The notes beneath the pieces were generated by a model that was given only the letters and a program-made list of their open reading frames with translations, had not been told where the DNA came from and searched no databases. Shown piece by piece: positions 51,653 through 59,671 of a DNA stretch of 64,000 nt (its first letter is position 1; each line of letters starts with the position of its first letter). The position numbers and the translations under genes are program-made. Origin of the DNA: Acidobacteriota bacterium (GTDB lineage: Bacteria; Acidobacteriota; Thermoanaerobaculia; UBA5066; Gp7-AA6); contig JBDTRB010000003.1 of assembly GCA_039931865.1 (NCBI GenBank), forward strand, positions 5,364 through 69,363, written 5' to 3'.

Positions 51653-52654
51653 TCAGTCCTCGTCGTCATCGTCCTCGTCCTCATCGTCCTCGTCCTCGTC
51701 GTCCTCGTTCTCGTCGTCCTCATCGATCGCGTCGGAATCGCTGTCGCTGGCGTCGTCGTTCGGGGGGCCAGCGCTCCCCTTCCTCTTTCGAAGCGCCGCC
51801 GCGCCGGAAGCGGGCCCCGCGGCGGCGATGCTGGCGTCGTCGTCGTGGTCGTCGTCTTCGTCGTCGAAGTCATCTTCGTCGTCGTTTGCGGACGGCGGTA
51901 CCGAAGCGAGCGCGGCTGCGCCGGAAGTGGCCGCAGACGGCAGGGGCTCGTCCGATACCGTCGCCGCGAGGTCCTCTTCGATCTCCTCGGGCCGCGGCAG
52001 CTCCTCGAGCTCGTTCAATCCGAAACGGACCAGAAAATCCGGCGTGGTCTTGTACAGAAACGGCGTCCCGACGACCGCCTTCTTGCCCGCGGTCGTGATG
52101 AGCTTCTTTTCGAAGAGCGTCTTTAAGACCGACGCGGAGTTGACGCCGCGGATGTCCTGGACCTCCGGCAGCGTGATCGGCTGGCGGTACGCGATGATCG
52201 CGAGCGTCTCGAGCGCCGCGAGCGAAAGGCGGCTCCTCTCGCTGACTTCATGGAAACGGCGCAGGAGCGAATCGAACTCCGGGCGCGTGACGAAACGCCA
52301 GCCTCCGCCGACGTGCTCGAGCCTGACGCCGCGCGACGGGGAGTCTGTCTCGGCCGCAAGCGACGCCAGCGCCTCGCGGACGGCTTCGACCGTGGCCTCG
52401 AGAACGTTTGCGAGGTCGCGTTCGGACACGGGACGCGGCGAGGAGAAGAGCACCGCTTCCGCGGCATCGCGGATCTTTCCGGCGCGGGTCTCCCGCGGCT
52501 TTTCGACGGCGGGAGGCTCGGCGGCCGCCGCGGTCGTGTTGTCGGGCGCCGCAAGGCCGGCAGCCGAAGCCCCGTTCAGGGCCTGGACGTCCCCCTCCGG
52601 TGTCGCCTCCGGCGCCTCGGCGAGGGGCGTCTCCTCGGACGCGGTTGAGTTCAT
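51653..52654 (-). CDS. scpB: segregation and condensation protein B with long poly-acidic C-terminal tail
   Basis: Start at ATG 52652-52654. ScpB core: EAVLFSSPRPVS...GGGWRFVTRPEF...LS.AALETLAIIAYRQPITLPEVQDIRGV.S..VLKTL.EK.LI. The last ~79 aa are dominated by D/E. Confidence 0.88.
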   Translation of the reverse strand: MNSTASEETPLAEAPEATPEGDVQALNGASAAGLAAPDNTTAAAAEPPAVEKPRETRAGKIRDAAEAVLFSSPRPVSERDLANVLEATVEAVREALASLAAETDSPSRGVRLEHVGGGWRFVTRPEFDSLLRRFHEVSERSRLSLAALETLAIIAYRQPITLPEVQDIRGVNSASVLKTLFEKKLITTAGKKAVVGTPFLYKTTPDFLVRFGLNELEELPRPEEIEEDLAATVSDEPLPSAATSGAAALASVPPSANDDEDDFDDEDDDHDDDASIAAAGPASGAAALRKRKGSAGPPNDDASDSDSDAIDEDDENEDDEDEDDEDEDDDDED

Positions 52655-52661
52655 GGTTTTT

Positions 52662-53426
52662 TCACCGGTAAGTATCCCGCACCTGCTCCGCCGAAAAAGC
52701 CGAGTCCGTGCGCGACACGTGGATTTCCTCAAACGGCGCGGCCTGGAAGACGCGCACGACCCCGAGGCGAATCAGCTCGAGGCACGCCAGAAACGACGTG
52801 ACCGCTTCGGCGCGGTATCGCATCGTTCCGAGAAACTCGAGAAGTGGCATGACACCGGATCCCTCGAGGCGGTCGACGAGCTCCGCCATCTTCTCGCCGA
52901 CGGAAAACCGCAGGTGGTGAATCTCGAGCGCGGGCGGATGCGCCAGCCGGTACCGGTCCGTCACCTTGCGGAACGTGTCGATCAGGTCGAAGAGAGACAC
53001 TTCCAGCGTCTCGCCCTCGGGGGATCGGGGGATCTCCGTCTGTGGCCTGGACCACAGCCCGGCGCGGAGGGCGTCGATTTCGTGGAACGACTCGGCGGCT
53101 TCCTTGTAGCGTTCGTACTCGAGAAGCCGGCGCGCGAGGTCCTGCCGCGGGTCTTCTTCGGGCTCGCCCGGCGCGCGGGGCAGGAGCATGCGGGACTTGA
53201 CGTAGATGAGCTCCGCCGCGAGCGCGATGTAGTCGGAAGCGACGTCGAGGTCGAGCTCGCGCATCGCGTCCAGGTACGCCGTGTACTGCTCGGTGATTTC
53301 GAAGATCGGGATATCGGTGATCGAGACTTCGTTCACCCGGATCAGGTGGAGGAGAAGGTCGAGCGGTCCGGAGAACGCGGGGATCGCGACGGGCGGCAGC
53401 GACTCGCGAGCGGCCTCCTCGTTCAC
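52662..53426 (-). CDS. scpA: segregation and condensation protein A
   Basis: GTG start at 53424-53426, in a GTGA overlap with the upstream stop. Contains FSGPLDLLLHLIRVNEVSITDIPIFEITEQY and a winged-helix C-terminus. The 455-aa ORF was rejected. Confidence 0.85.
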   Translation of the reverse strand: MNEEAARESLPPVAIPAFSGPLDLLLHLIRVNEVSITDIPIFEITEQYTAYLDAMRELDLDVASDYIALAAELIYVKSRMLLPRAPGEPEEDPRQDLARRLLEYERYKEAAESFHEIDALRAGLWSRPQTEIPRSPEGETLEVSLFDLIDTFRKVTDRYRLAHPPALEIHHLRFSVGEKMAELVDRLEGSGVMPLLEFLGTMRYRAEAVTSFLACLELIRLGVVRVFQAAPFEEIHVSRTDSAFSAEQVRDTYR

Positions 53427-54118
53427 TGGAGCACCCGGCCGATAACGACGAAAAAGACTCGGAGTACCGGGCTCATGATCCGCCCGAGCATGCCCGTGGA
53501 GGACAACAGAATCAGGATGAGGAACCCGAACCGGCCGAGGGTCTCGAAGAAGTGCCGCGTGGACGGCCCGAGAATGGCGGCGAGCACCCAGCTGCCGTCG
53601 AGCGGGGGGATCGGAATGAGGTTGAAGATGCCGAGGCTGATGTTCACGATCACAAACTGGAACAGGAGATACGTCAGCGGAGCGACCGCGCCACCCGCGA
53701 AGTGGTGGCCGCGCAGCGCCTCGAACAGGTCCGGCAGGGACTGCGGAAAGATCGATTTGAATCCGACCAGAACGGCAAGGCCCACCGCGGCGAGGAGGAT
53801 GTTCGAGAGAGGCCCCGCTGCCGACACGCAGAGATCCGCGAGCCTGGGGTTCTTCGTTTGGTCGAGCCGGACCGGCGTCGGCTTCGCGTAGCCGAAGATC
53901 AGCCCCGAGGTGAAATAAAGAAGGATTGGAAGGACGATGCTTCCGATGGGGTCGATGTGCCGGATGGGGTTCAGGCTGATCCGGCCCAGATCCTTCGCCG
54001 TCGTGTCTCCGAACCGCAGCGCCGACCACGCGTGCGCCGACTCGTGGAAGGAGATGGCGAAGAGGATGACGGCGAGCTGGATCGCGAAGTCGACGACTTT
54101 GAATGAGATGGAATCCAA
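53423..54118 (-). CDS. site-2 protease family (peptidase M50) membrane metalloprotease
   Basis: HExxH in a TM helix (ISFHESAHAW) and the NLIPIPPLDG motif. Confidence 0.88.
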   Translation of the reverse strand: MDSISFKVVDFAIQLAVILFAISFHESAHAWSALRFGDTTAKDLGRISLNPIRHIDPIGSIVLPILLYFTSGLIFGYAKPTPVRLDQTKNPRLADLCVSAAGPLSNILLAAVGLAVLVGFKSIFPQSLPDLFEALRGHHFAGGAVAPLTYLLFQFVIVNISLGIFNLIPIPPLDGSWVLAAILGPSTRHFFETLGRFGFLILILLSSTGMLGRIMSPVLRVFFVVIGRVLQ

Positions 54119-54214
54119 GCGGACGACTATAAGCCGGGAACGGCGGATCTGAACGGGAACCCGGAACGGGCTCCGCCGCCCGGGTTCCCTCCGGCCGTCA
54201 GCCGGGATCGTGGA

Positions 54215-54521
54215 TCAGAACGCCGCCGTGTCCGCCGCGCTCACGAGCTGTCCCGAAGGGTTCGAATACGTCTTCACCTGCCCGGTCCGTGTGTCCGTGA
54301 CGGTGATCGGGTGATCGTGTACTGGAAGTCGGAAAGGGCGCCGTAGAAAACCCAGAACTTGTCGTTGAATGCGCGCCCGTCGACGACCTTGATCACGAGC
54401 TCCACGTGGTTCGAGGAGAGACAGCCGCCTTCTGCCGCACCAGGTCCATCGAAAGCGCAGGAGAAACGAGGAGCCACGTCAGGAAGGAGGCGGCCAGAAG
54501 GGTCCGGGTGAGATTTTTCAA
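54215..54521 (-). pseudogene. disrupted small secreted-protein gene (two frame changes, one caused by an 8-bp tandem duplication)
   Basis: Three consecutive minus-strand frames give: (1) TTG-start signal peptide (M)KNLTRTLLAASFLTWLLVSPALS; (2) ...GGCLSSNHVELVIKVVDGRAFNDKFWVFYGALSDFQYTIT; (3) ITVTDTRTGQVKTYSNPSGQLVSAADTAAF*. Segments 2 and 3 join perfectly if one copy of the duplicated GGTGATCG (54302-54309 / 54310-54317) is removed. Confidence 0.6.
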
Positions 54522-54702
54522 AACCGGCTTACTTCTCGAGCGCAGGCAGCGTGGCGGTTGCCGTCGCATCGCTGAGTACGCTGAAGGGGCCGGGGCGGGC
54601 GCCGGAAAAGCGATCCGGAAAGTATGTCGGGATGAAGCGGGGAAAAACCATCACGCGGCCGCGCGGCCGGGGGGTCACGCGAGCGGCGGAGGCTGGCGGT
54701 CG

Positions 54703-55347
54703 CTACGAACGGCCGTGCGCGCCTTTTTCCTCTTTCGGGAGGTCCGGCAGGCCGAGCTTCCGCCGGATCGCGCGGAAGTACTGGACCGGCTCCTCGCGCC
54801 ACGCTTTCTCCTGCGCCCACATGGAAAACTTTCCGCCGAGATCCCCGAGGTACGTGTAAGTCACGCGGCAAGACTCGCTCCCGACCGGCTCGACCCTCGT
54901 CTCGCCCATGACCCTCTCGATTGGCGTTCCCTCGCGATTGTCTCCGGAACGGGCATCCGATTTCCACGACAGCCGGTAGGCGCCCGCCTCGCCCTCCTCC
55001 GCCTGGTATCGCACGACCGCGTCCCGGTTCGTGTACGGAAACGGGTACGGCCAGACGAAATGGATGCGCGCGGCGCCTCGGTCCGAATCGAGGATCTCCG
55101 CCTTCTTCACCGCCGGTGAGAAGAGCTCCCGGTAGTGCGCGAAATCCGAGAGCACCGCCGCAACCTTCGCCGCAGGAGCGGGAATCTCCCCGCGGCCCCG
55201 CAGCCAGGGAGGACCGGCGGAGGCGCGCGCGATCCGGACGTCGATGCCCCGCGATGTGAACCAGGGAGAAAAGTCCGCCTCCGACGGCACCATTCCGGCG
55301 GTCAACAGAAACCCGACGATCGCCGCGCTCGGCAGAAAAGCTGTCAT
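54703..55347 (-). CDS. SRPBCC/START-like (polyketide-cyclase fold) protein with N-terminal signal/anchor
   Basis: Start at ATG 55345-55347, in an ATGA overlap. Hydrophobic N-terminus MTAFLPSAAIVGFLLTAGMV. START-like pattern ...KVAAVLSDFAHYRELFSPAVKKAEILD...ARIHFVWPYPFPYTNRDAVVRY. The fold assignment is from the motif pattern only. Confidence 0.65.
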   Translation of the reverse strand: MTAFLPSAAIVGFLLTAGMVPSEADFSPWFTSRGIDVRIARASAGPPWLRGRGEIPAPAAKVAAVLSDFAHYRELFSPAVKKAEILDSDRGAARIHFVWPYPFPYTNRDAVVRYQAEEGEAGAYRLSWKSDARSGDNREGTPIERVMGETRVEPVGSESCRVTYTYLGDLGGKFSMWAQEKAWREEPVQYFRAIRRKLGLPDLPKEEKGAHGRS

Positions 55348-55886
55348 GCGGGATCCATCCCGGCCGACCGCGGTGTCAACAACACGAGGGCGCCGCACAA
55401 TACGGAGAGGACGAGGTCTTCCACCACGGTCGACCAGCCGAGCGGCCTGGGCCAGAAGACCCCGAAACAGCCGCAGTTGGCGAGATGCAGTCCACGCAGG
55501 ATCGCCAGGGCCGACCATCCCGCGTACGCGATGTGCATCGCGAGTGCCGCCACGGCCGCGTCGAACGGCCGCCGGCCGACGATCAGCCACACGGCAAGCG
55601 CGAGCTCGGCGGCGGGGATGAGAGCGGCCAGAGGCAGCAGGAGCGCGTCCGGAAACGCCCTGTAAGTGCCGAGGACCTTCGCGAAGCCGGGCACGTCGAG
55701 AAACTTTCCGACGGCGGTCACGAAGAGGATCAGCGCGATGACGGCCCGAAGAATGTTCCGGGCACGGCGTTTCCCGAGCCAGTTGACCGCGGAGTACCGC
55801 GGCCGTCTCGCTCCCCTTGGTCGCTCGGCTCTCGATCCGGGCGACCCCGGCTCCCGGTTCTCGCCGCCCCGCGCCTCCCCCCTCAC
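55344..55886 (-). CDS. MauE/DoxX-like membrane protein
   Basis: Four TM helices with the family-typical NCGCFG motif in TM4. A GTG start (GTGA overlap with the DUF547 stop) gives a 45-aa Arg/Gly-rich leader that contains dispersed repeat copy B, so the true start is uncertain. Confidence 0.7.
   Translation of the reverse strand: MRGEARGGENREPGSPGSRAERPRGARRPRYSAVNWLGKRRARNILRAVIALILFVTAVGKFLDVPGFAKVLGTYRAFPDALLLPLAALIPAAELALAVWLIVGRRPFDAAVAALAMHIAYAGWSALAILRGLHLANCGCFGVFWPRPLGWSTVVEDLVLSVLCGALVLLTPRSAGMDPA
55781..55838. repeat. dispersed 58-nt repeat, copy B
   Basis: Matches 44604..44661 at 56 of 58 nt in the same orientation. Lies 45 nt beyond the DUF547 stop and inside the predicted 5' end of the MauE-like ORF. 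Confidence 0.9.
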
Positions 55887-56674
55887 CGCTGGTTCAGCGT
55901 CCAGTCGTAGGGGATGAACTCGACCTTCGAACCTTCCGGGATCTTCGTTTCGCGATACTTGTTGGCATAGGCGACGAGTGACGGCGACTTTTTCAGGAAG
56001 TCTTCCGTGTAGAACTGCAGGATCTGCGAGAAGTGGACCGTCTGCTTGTCGGGCTCCACCTGCACGTTTCGATGCTCGTTGAAGAAGTATTGCGCGGTCG
56101 CCTCGAGCTCCATGTCGAGCTGGTCGGCGCGAAACGGCTCCCGGGGAAGGCGGGGACAGCCCCGGACCATGCAGTTCAGCGCGAAATGGACCCGCGGGTC
56201 GCCCATCGGGCGGACGATCTTGTTCTCGAGGTCATACAGGGACATCTTTTCGCCGCCGATCTCGAGCTTGTTCCGGTAGAAGAACCGGACCTTGATCGCG
56301 TTCAAGTCCTTCGGCTGCCCGGACTCGAGCACGTTGTACAGCGCGAGCGCGTTGTAGGCGTTCAGGTAGTACGCGAGCTTCGACTCCTTCGTGGGAAAGG
56401 ACGCCGGCGTGTTTGCCGGGCTCACGCGCCCGATCCAGGCGACGTAAGCGTCCAGATCTCCGCGGTCCTTCGCGATGCCCGCAAAGTCGATGCGTCCCGT
56501 GTCGTCCACGTATTTCGAGAGGACGCGCGCCCATATGCGGTCGGCGTCTGCGACGGTCGCCGCCGTCCCCGCGGCGGCGGGCGCGGAGGAAGCGCTCTTC
56601 GGAGGCGGAACGTTGACCGCGCACGAAGCGGCGAAAACGAGAAGGAGCGGGAGGAAGGCGGCCGAGCGTTTCAT
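55883..56674 (-). CDS. DUF547-domain lipoprotein
   Basis: Start at ATG 56672-56674, in an ATGA overlap. Lipobox-like signal MKRSAAFLPLLLVFAASC. DUF547 hallmark AYYLNAYNALAL...DPRVHFALNCMVRGCPRL. Confidence 0.8.
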   Translation of the reverse strand: MKRSAAFLPLLLVFAASCAVNVPPPKSASSAPAAAGTAATVADADRIWARVLSKYVDDTGRIDFAGIAKDRGDLDAYVAWIGRVSPANTPASFPTKESKLAYYLNAYNALALYNVLESGQPKDLNAIKVRFFYRNKLEIGGEKMSLYDLENKIVRPMGDPRVHFALNCMVRGCPRLPREPFRADQLDMELEATAQYFFNEHRNVQVEPDKQTVHFSQILQFYTEDFLKKSPSLVAYANKYRETKIPEGSKVEFIPYDWTLNQR

Positions 56675-57960
56675 GCGAGCTGTTTTCCTCCGAGCGGACG
56701 CCCCGCCAGAACCGGCAGCGTCGCTCCCGACAATGGGTTCCAGATGCCCTCGCCCGCTTCGGTGACGACGCTGAGCGGTTTCAGGATGAACTCGTCGCGC
56801 TTCGCGTTGTGCGCGCACATCGAGACGGGGCCGTTTGCGGTCATGACCATGAAGGAGCAGGCGTGGATGCGCTCGGGTTCGAGCGCCGTCGCGTCCATGA
56901 AGTTCTGAACGAAGAACGACAGCTTGTGGACTCGTCCGCGCGAAGCGAGGAGATCCTGTCGCATGTTCCAGATCTTGCGTCCCGCAAAGCGCAGCGCCTG
57001 CCAGGCGAACCCGGGCTGCCGCCGGACTTCCGTCATCAGCGCCGAAACCGCGCGGCGCGGCTCGCGGCGGTCGAGCATGACGTGCTGGAAGTCCGTCAGG
57101 AACCGGTTGAAGAACTGGGGGTCGTCGTTCAAGTCGTGGAGGTTCCCGTTCGCTTCGAGGGTAATCCCGATCCGGTGGCAGCCGGGGTGGCCGATCAGGA
57201 TCGTGTCCCACGAGATCGGGATCTCCGCCCCCGCCACGATCTGCTCTCGGACCGTCTGGAGCGAGATGACTCGGTCGCGCTCCCGGAGGACTCCGCGGCC
57301 GGTGTCCGCCTGCAGCTGGAACGACGCCATACCGACCACGTCCGCATGCTTCCGGAAGAAGCGCACCATGTCCGGGATCTCGTCGAAGTTCTCGCGGCAG
57401 ACTGTGGTGTTGAAGATGACGGCGATCGGAATGCCGCGGGAGCGCTCGATGTACTCCTCGCGGATCGGGTTCAGATCCGCTTCCGTCCGGTATCCCTTGC
57501 GCTCCTGGGTGACGTCCACGTGGAACGCGACGTCGTTCAATCCGGCGGCGGCGAGCTCCTCGAGCATGTCCCGCGTCGCCTTGATCCCGTTGGTCATGAG
57601 CGTCGGCAGAAGACCCTTTTCCCGCGTGTACCGCACGATCTCGACGAGCTCTTCGCGCTTTCGAAGAGTCGGGTCGCCGCCGGTGATCTGGACCGCGGTC
57701 GGCGCCCCGTACTGCTCGTGGATCCGGTCGATGCGACGCAGGACCTCCTGGATCGGTATGTCCTTCACGCGCTCCGAATTCTCCGACAGGTAACAGAGGG
57801 TGCAGTCCAGATTGCACCGCTGGGTGATCTCGAGCGCCACGCACCCGATCGCGTTGCGCCGGCCGAGGACCTGGTTGGCCTGGAACAGCGGCCCCATGCG
57901 CTTGCGGGCGCGGTCCAGGGCGGCCGAACGGGTCTCCTGCGGGGAGGGAAGGGAGCTCAT
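56671..57960 (-). CDS. radical SAM enzyme of unassigned subfamily
   Basis: AGGAGG lies 4 nt upstream of ATG 57958-57960. Cluster motif RCNLDCTLCY, then ITGGDPTL and MTNG. The C-terminal Cys pair is HACSFMVMTANGPVSMCAHN. I can see no SPASM CxxCxxxxxC motif. Confidence 0.85.
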   Translation of the reverse strand: MSSLPSPQETRSAALDRARKRMGPLFQANQVLGRRNAIGCVALEITQRCNLDCTLCYLSENSERVKDIPIQEVLRRIDRIHEQYGAPTAVQITGGDPTLRKREELVEIVRYTREKGLLPTLMTNGIKATRDMLEELAAAGLNDVAFHVDVTQERKGYRTEADLNPIREEYIERSRGIPIAVIFNTTVCRENFDEIPDMVRFFRKHADVVGMASFQLQADTGRGVLRERDRVISLQTVREQIVAGAEIPISWDTILIGHPGCHRIGITLEANGNLHDLNDDPQFFNRFLTDFQHVMLDRREPRRAVSALMTEVRRQPGFAWQALRFAGRKIWNMRQDLLASRGRVHKLSFFVQNFMDATALEPERIHACSFMVMTANGPVSMCAHNAKRDEFILKPLSVVTEAGEGIWNPLSGATLPVLAGRPLGGKQLA

Positions 57961-58079
57961 CGGGCCTCCTGAGGGCAGCCGCCGGACGTCGAATCGACCG
58001 GGGCGGAAACTTTCCTACATCATACGGTGGAAGGCGGAATTCGGATGTCATCGCGTTGGGCGTCGAGCGGCAGGGGCTA

Positions 58080-58108
58080 GGCGAAGGGCGAAGGGCGGAA
58101 GGACGGAG
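58080..58108. repeat. degenerate heptamer array GGCGAAG GGCGAAG GGCGGAAG GACGGAG
   Basis: Read directly in the divergent spacer. The next unit (GCGAAAC, 58109-58115) carries the putative ECF -35. Confidence 0.85.
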
Positions 58109-58110
58109 GC

Positions 58111-58136
58111 GAAACCTTTCCCCTTCTTCGCCGTCT
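58111..58136 (+). promoter_or_regulatory. candidate ECF-sigma-type promoter (GAAAC-N16-CGTCT)
   Basis: GAAAC at 58111-58115, a 16-nt spacer, and CGTCT at 58132-58136, 29 nt upstream of the ECF sigma ATG. This matches the general ECF -35/-10 pattern known from autoregulated ECF operons. Confidence 0.4.
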
Positions 58137-58164
58137 CCCCTGTTGCCGTGCCGGACCGGGCCTG

Positions 58165-58740
58165 ATGGAAAAAACCGCGGGGACGGACGATCGCAAGCTG
58201 ATCGAGCGCATCCGGCTGGGCGACCAGGACGGCGCGGGCGAGCTTTTCGAGCGGTATTCCGCCTCCCTGCTCCGCTTTGCCGACCGACTGCTCTCCGACC
58301 GCGCGATGGCGGAGGAAGTCACTCAGGAGGTTTTCGTCAAAGTGATCACGAGGGCGCATCAGTACGACGGGCGGGCGGAGGTCTCCTCCTGGCTCTTCGC
58401 GATCGCGGCCAACGCCTGCCGCGACCGAAGGCGCCGGGACCGCCGCGCCAACGTCGTCCCTCTCGAGGCTGTCCCCGAGCCGACGTCGAAGGGGGAGGGC
58501 ATCGAGGCCCGTCTGCTCAGCCACGAGCGCCGAGAGGCCGTTCGGGAGGCCCTGAATTCTCTGTCCGACGAACAGCGGGAAGCGCTCGTGCTCGCCCGCT
58601 ACCACGGACTGCCCTATTCCGAGATCGCCGCCGTGCTCGGCATCTCCGTCGGTGCAGTGAAAACCCGTATTTTCCGGGCCGTCGAGACCCTGAAGGCCCG
58701 TTTCCAGGAAGGAGAAACGACATGGAATGCCGCAAACTGA
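58165..58740 (+). CDS. ECF-family RNA polymerase sigma factor
   Basis: Region 2 (ELFERYSASLLRFADRLLSDRAMAEEVTQEVFVKV...SWLFAIAANACRD) and region 4 (LSDEQREALVLARYHGLPYSEIAAVLGISVGAVKTRIFRA). Confidence 0.92.
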   Translation: MEKTAGTDDRKLIERIRLGDQDGAGELFERYSASLLRFADRLLSDRAMAEEVTQEVFVKVITRAHQYDGRAEVSSWLFAIAANACRDRRRRDRRANVVPLEAVPEPTSKGEGIEARLLSHERREAVREALNSLSDEQREALVLARYHGLPYSEIAAVLGISVGAVKTRIFRAVETLKARFQEGETTWNAAN

Positions 58741-59669
58741 CCGAACTTGCCTTAGACGGCAGGCTGTCCGACGCCCCGGGTCCCCTCCGGGAGGAGGTTG
58801 CGGCGCACGCGGAAAGCTGTTCGGCCTGCCGCTCGGAGCTCGAGACTCTGGAGCACGCGTGGGACCGGCTCGGTGACGATCCCGACCTGCCGGTCACGCC
58901 CGAGTTCCGGCGGCGGACCCTCGCACTCCTGGAAGACGAGATGCTCCGGTCCCGCATCCGCACGTTCACCCCGCGCCGCGGCCGCCGCTGGACGCGCCCG
59001 CTGCTCGAGGCCGCGGCCGTGCTGGTCGCCGCAATCACCGGTTACGGCGCCGCGCGGCAGCTCTCTCCCTCCTCGTCCCTCGCGCCCTCCCGCGCCGCCG
59101 CATCCGCGGCGGTCCCCGCGAGACTCGAGAAGGCCGGCGCGCTCGCCAACGTGGCGTACCGGCCCCCGGATGCGCAGGGGCGCATTGGAGTCAGCTTCGA
59201 CGTCACGTCTCGCGAGACCGTCCTCGGTCGTCCCGATGATCCTCAAATGGCGCGCCTGATCGCGTTCCTCGTTTCGCGCGGCGCGCAGACGGCCGGCGAG
59301 AAGTCGCGCGCGATCGACCTCGTGTCGGCGAACTACGGCGTGAAGGTGTCTCCGGCGTCACCCGACATCGTGCTCGCTTTGACGAACACCTTGAAGAAGG
59401 ACCAGAACCCGGGTGTCCGGAAGAAAGCCGCCGACGCCCTCGCGGGATTCCGCATGACGCCGGAAATCCGCGCCGCGTTTCTGGAGGCGCTCCGCTCGGA
59501 TCGGCACCCGGGCGTGAGGCTCGTCGCGGTCGAGGCTCTCGCGGCGGCCGCGAAGGATTCTCCCGACCGCAAGACCATCGAGTCGCTTCGCGAGAAGGCA
59601 TTCGATCCCGCCGAAAACGGGTTCGTCCGCGCGCGCGCGGCGTCGGCTCTGAAAGGCATTGAATTCTGA
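58722..59669 (+). CDS. anti-sigma factor (zf-HC2) with one TM and a periplasmic HEAT-repeat domain
   Basis: Start at ATG 58722, overlapping the sigma gene by 19 nt. Zinc motif H-x3-C-x2-C (AAHAESCSACR), TM LLEAAAVLVAAITGYGA, and HEAT-like NPGVRKKAADALAGF...HPGVRLVAVEALA. Confidence 0.8.
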   Translation: MECRKLTELALDGRLSDAPGPLREEVAAHAESCSACRSELETLEHAWDRLGDDPDLPVTPEFRRRTLALLEDEMLRSRIRTFTPRRGRRWTRPLLEAAAVLVAAITGYGAARQLSPSSSLAPSRAAASAAVPARLEKAGALANVAYRPPDAQGRIGVSFDVTSRETVLGRPDDPQMARLIAFLVSRGAQTAGEKSRAIDLVSANYGVKVSPASPDIVLALTNTLKKDQNPGVRKKAADALAGFRMTPEIRAAFLEALRSDRHPGVRLVAVEALAAAAKDSPDRKTIESLREKAFDPAENGFVRARAASALKGIEF

Positions 59670-59671
59670 AA

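Noticed and set aside
55883-58051. 722-aa ORF spanning the DUF547 gene and the whole radical-SAM region
   Set aside because: Only the last 263 aa (from MKRSAAF, a lipoprotein signal) look like a real protein. The upstream part is an Arg/Pro/Gly-rich alternative frame over the radical-SAM gene, which has clear motifs in its own frame.
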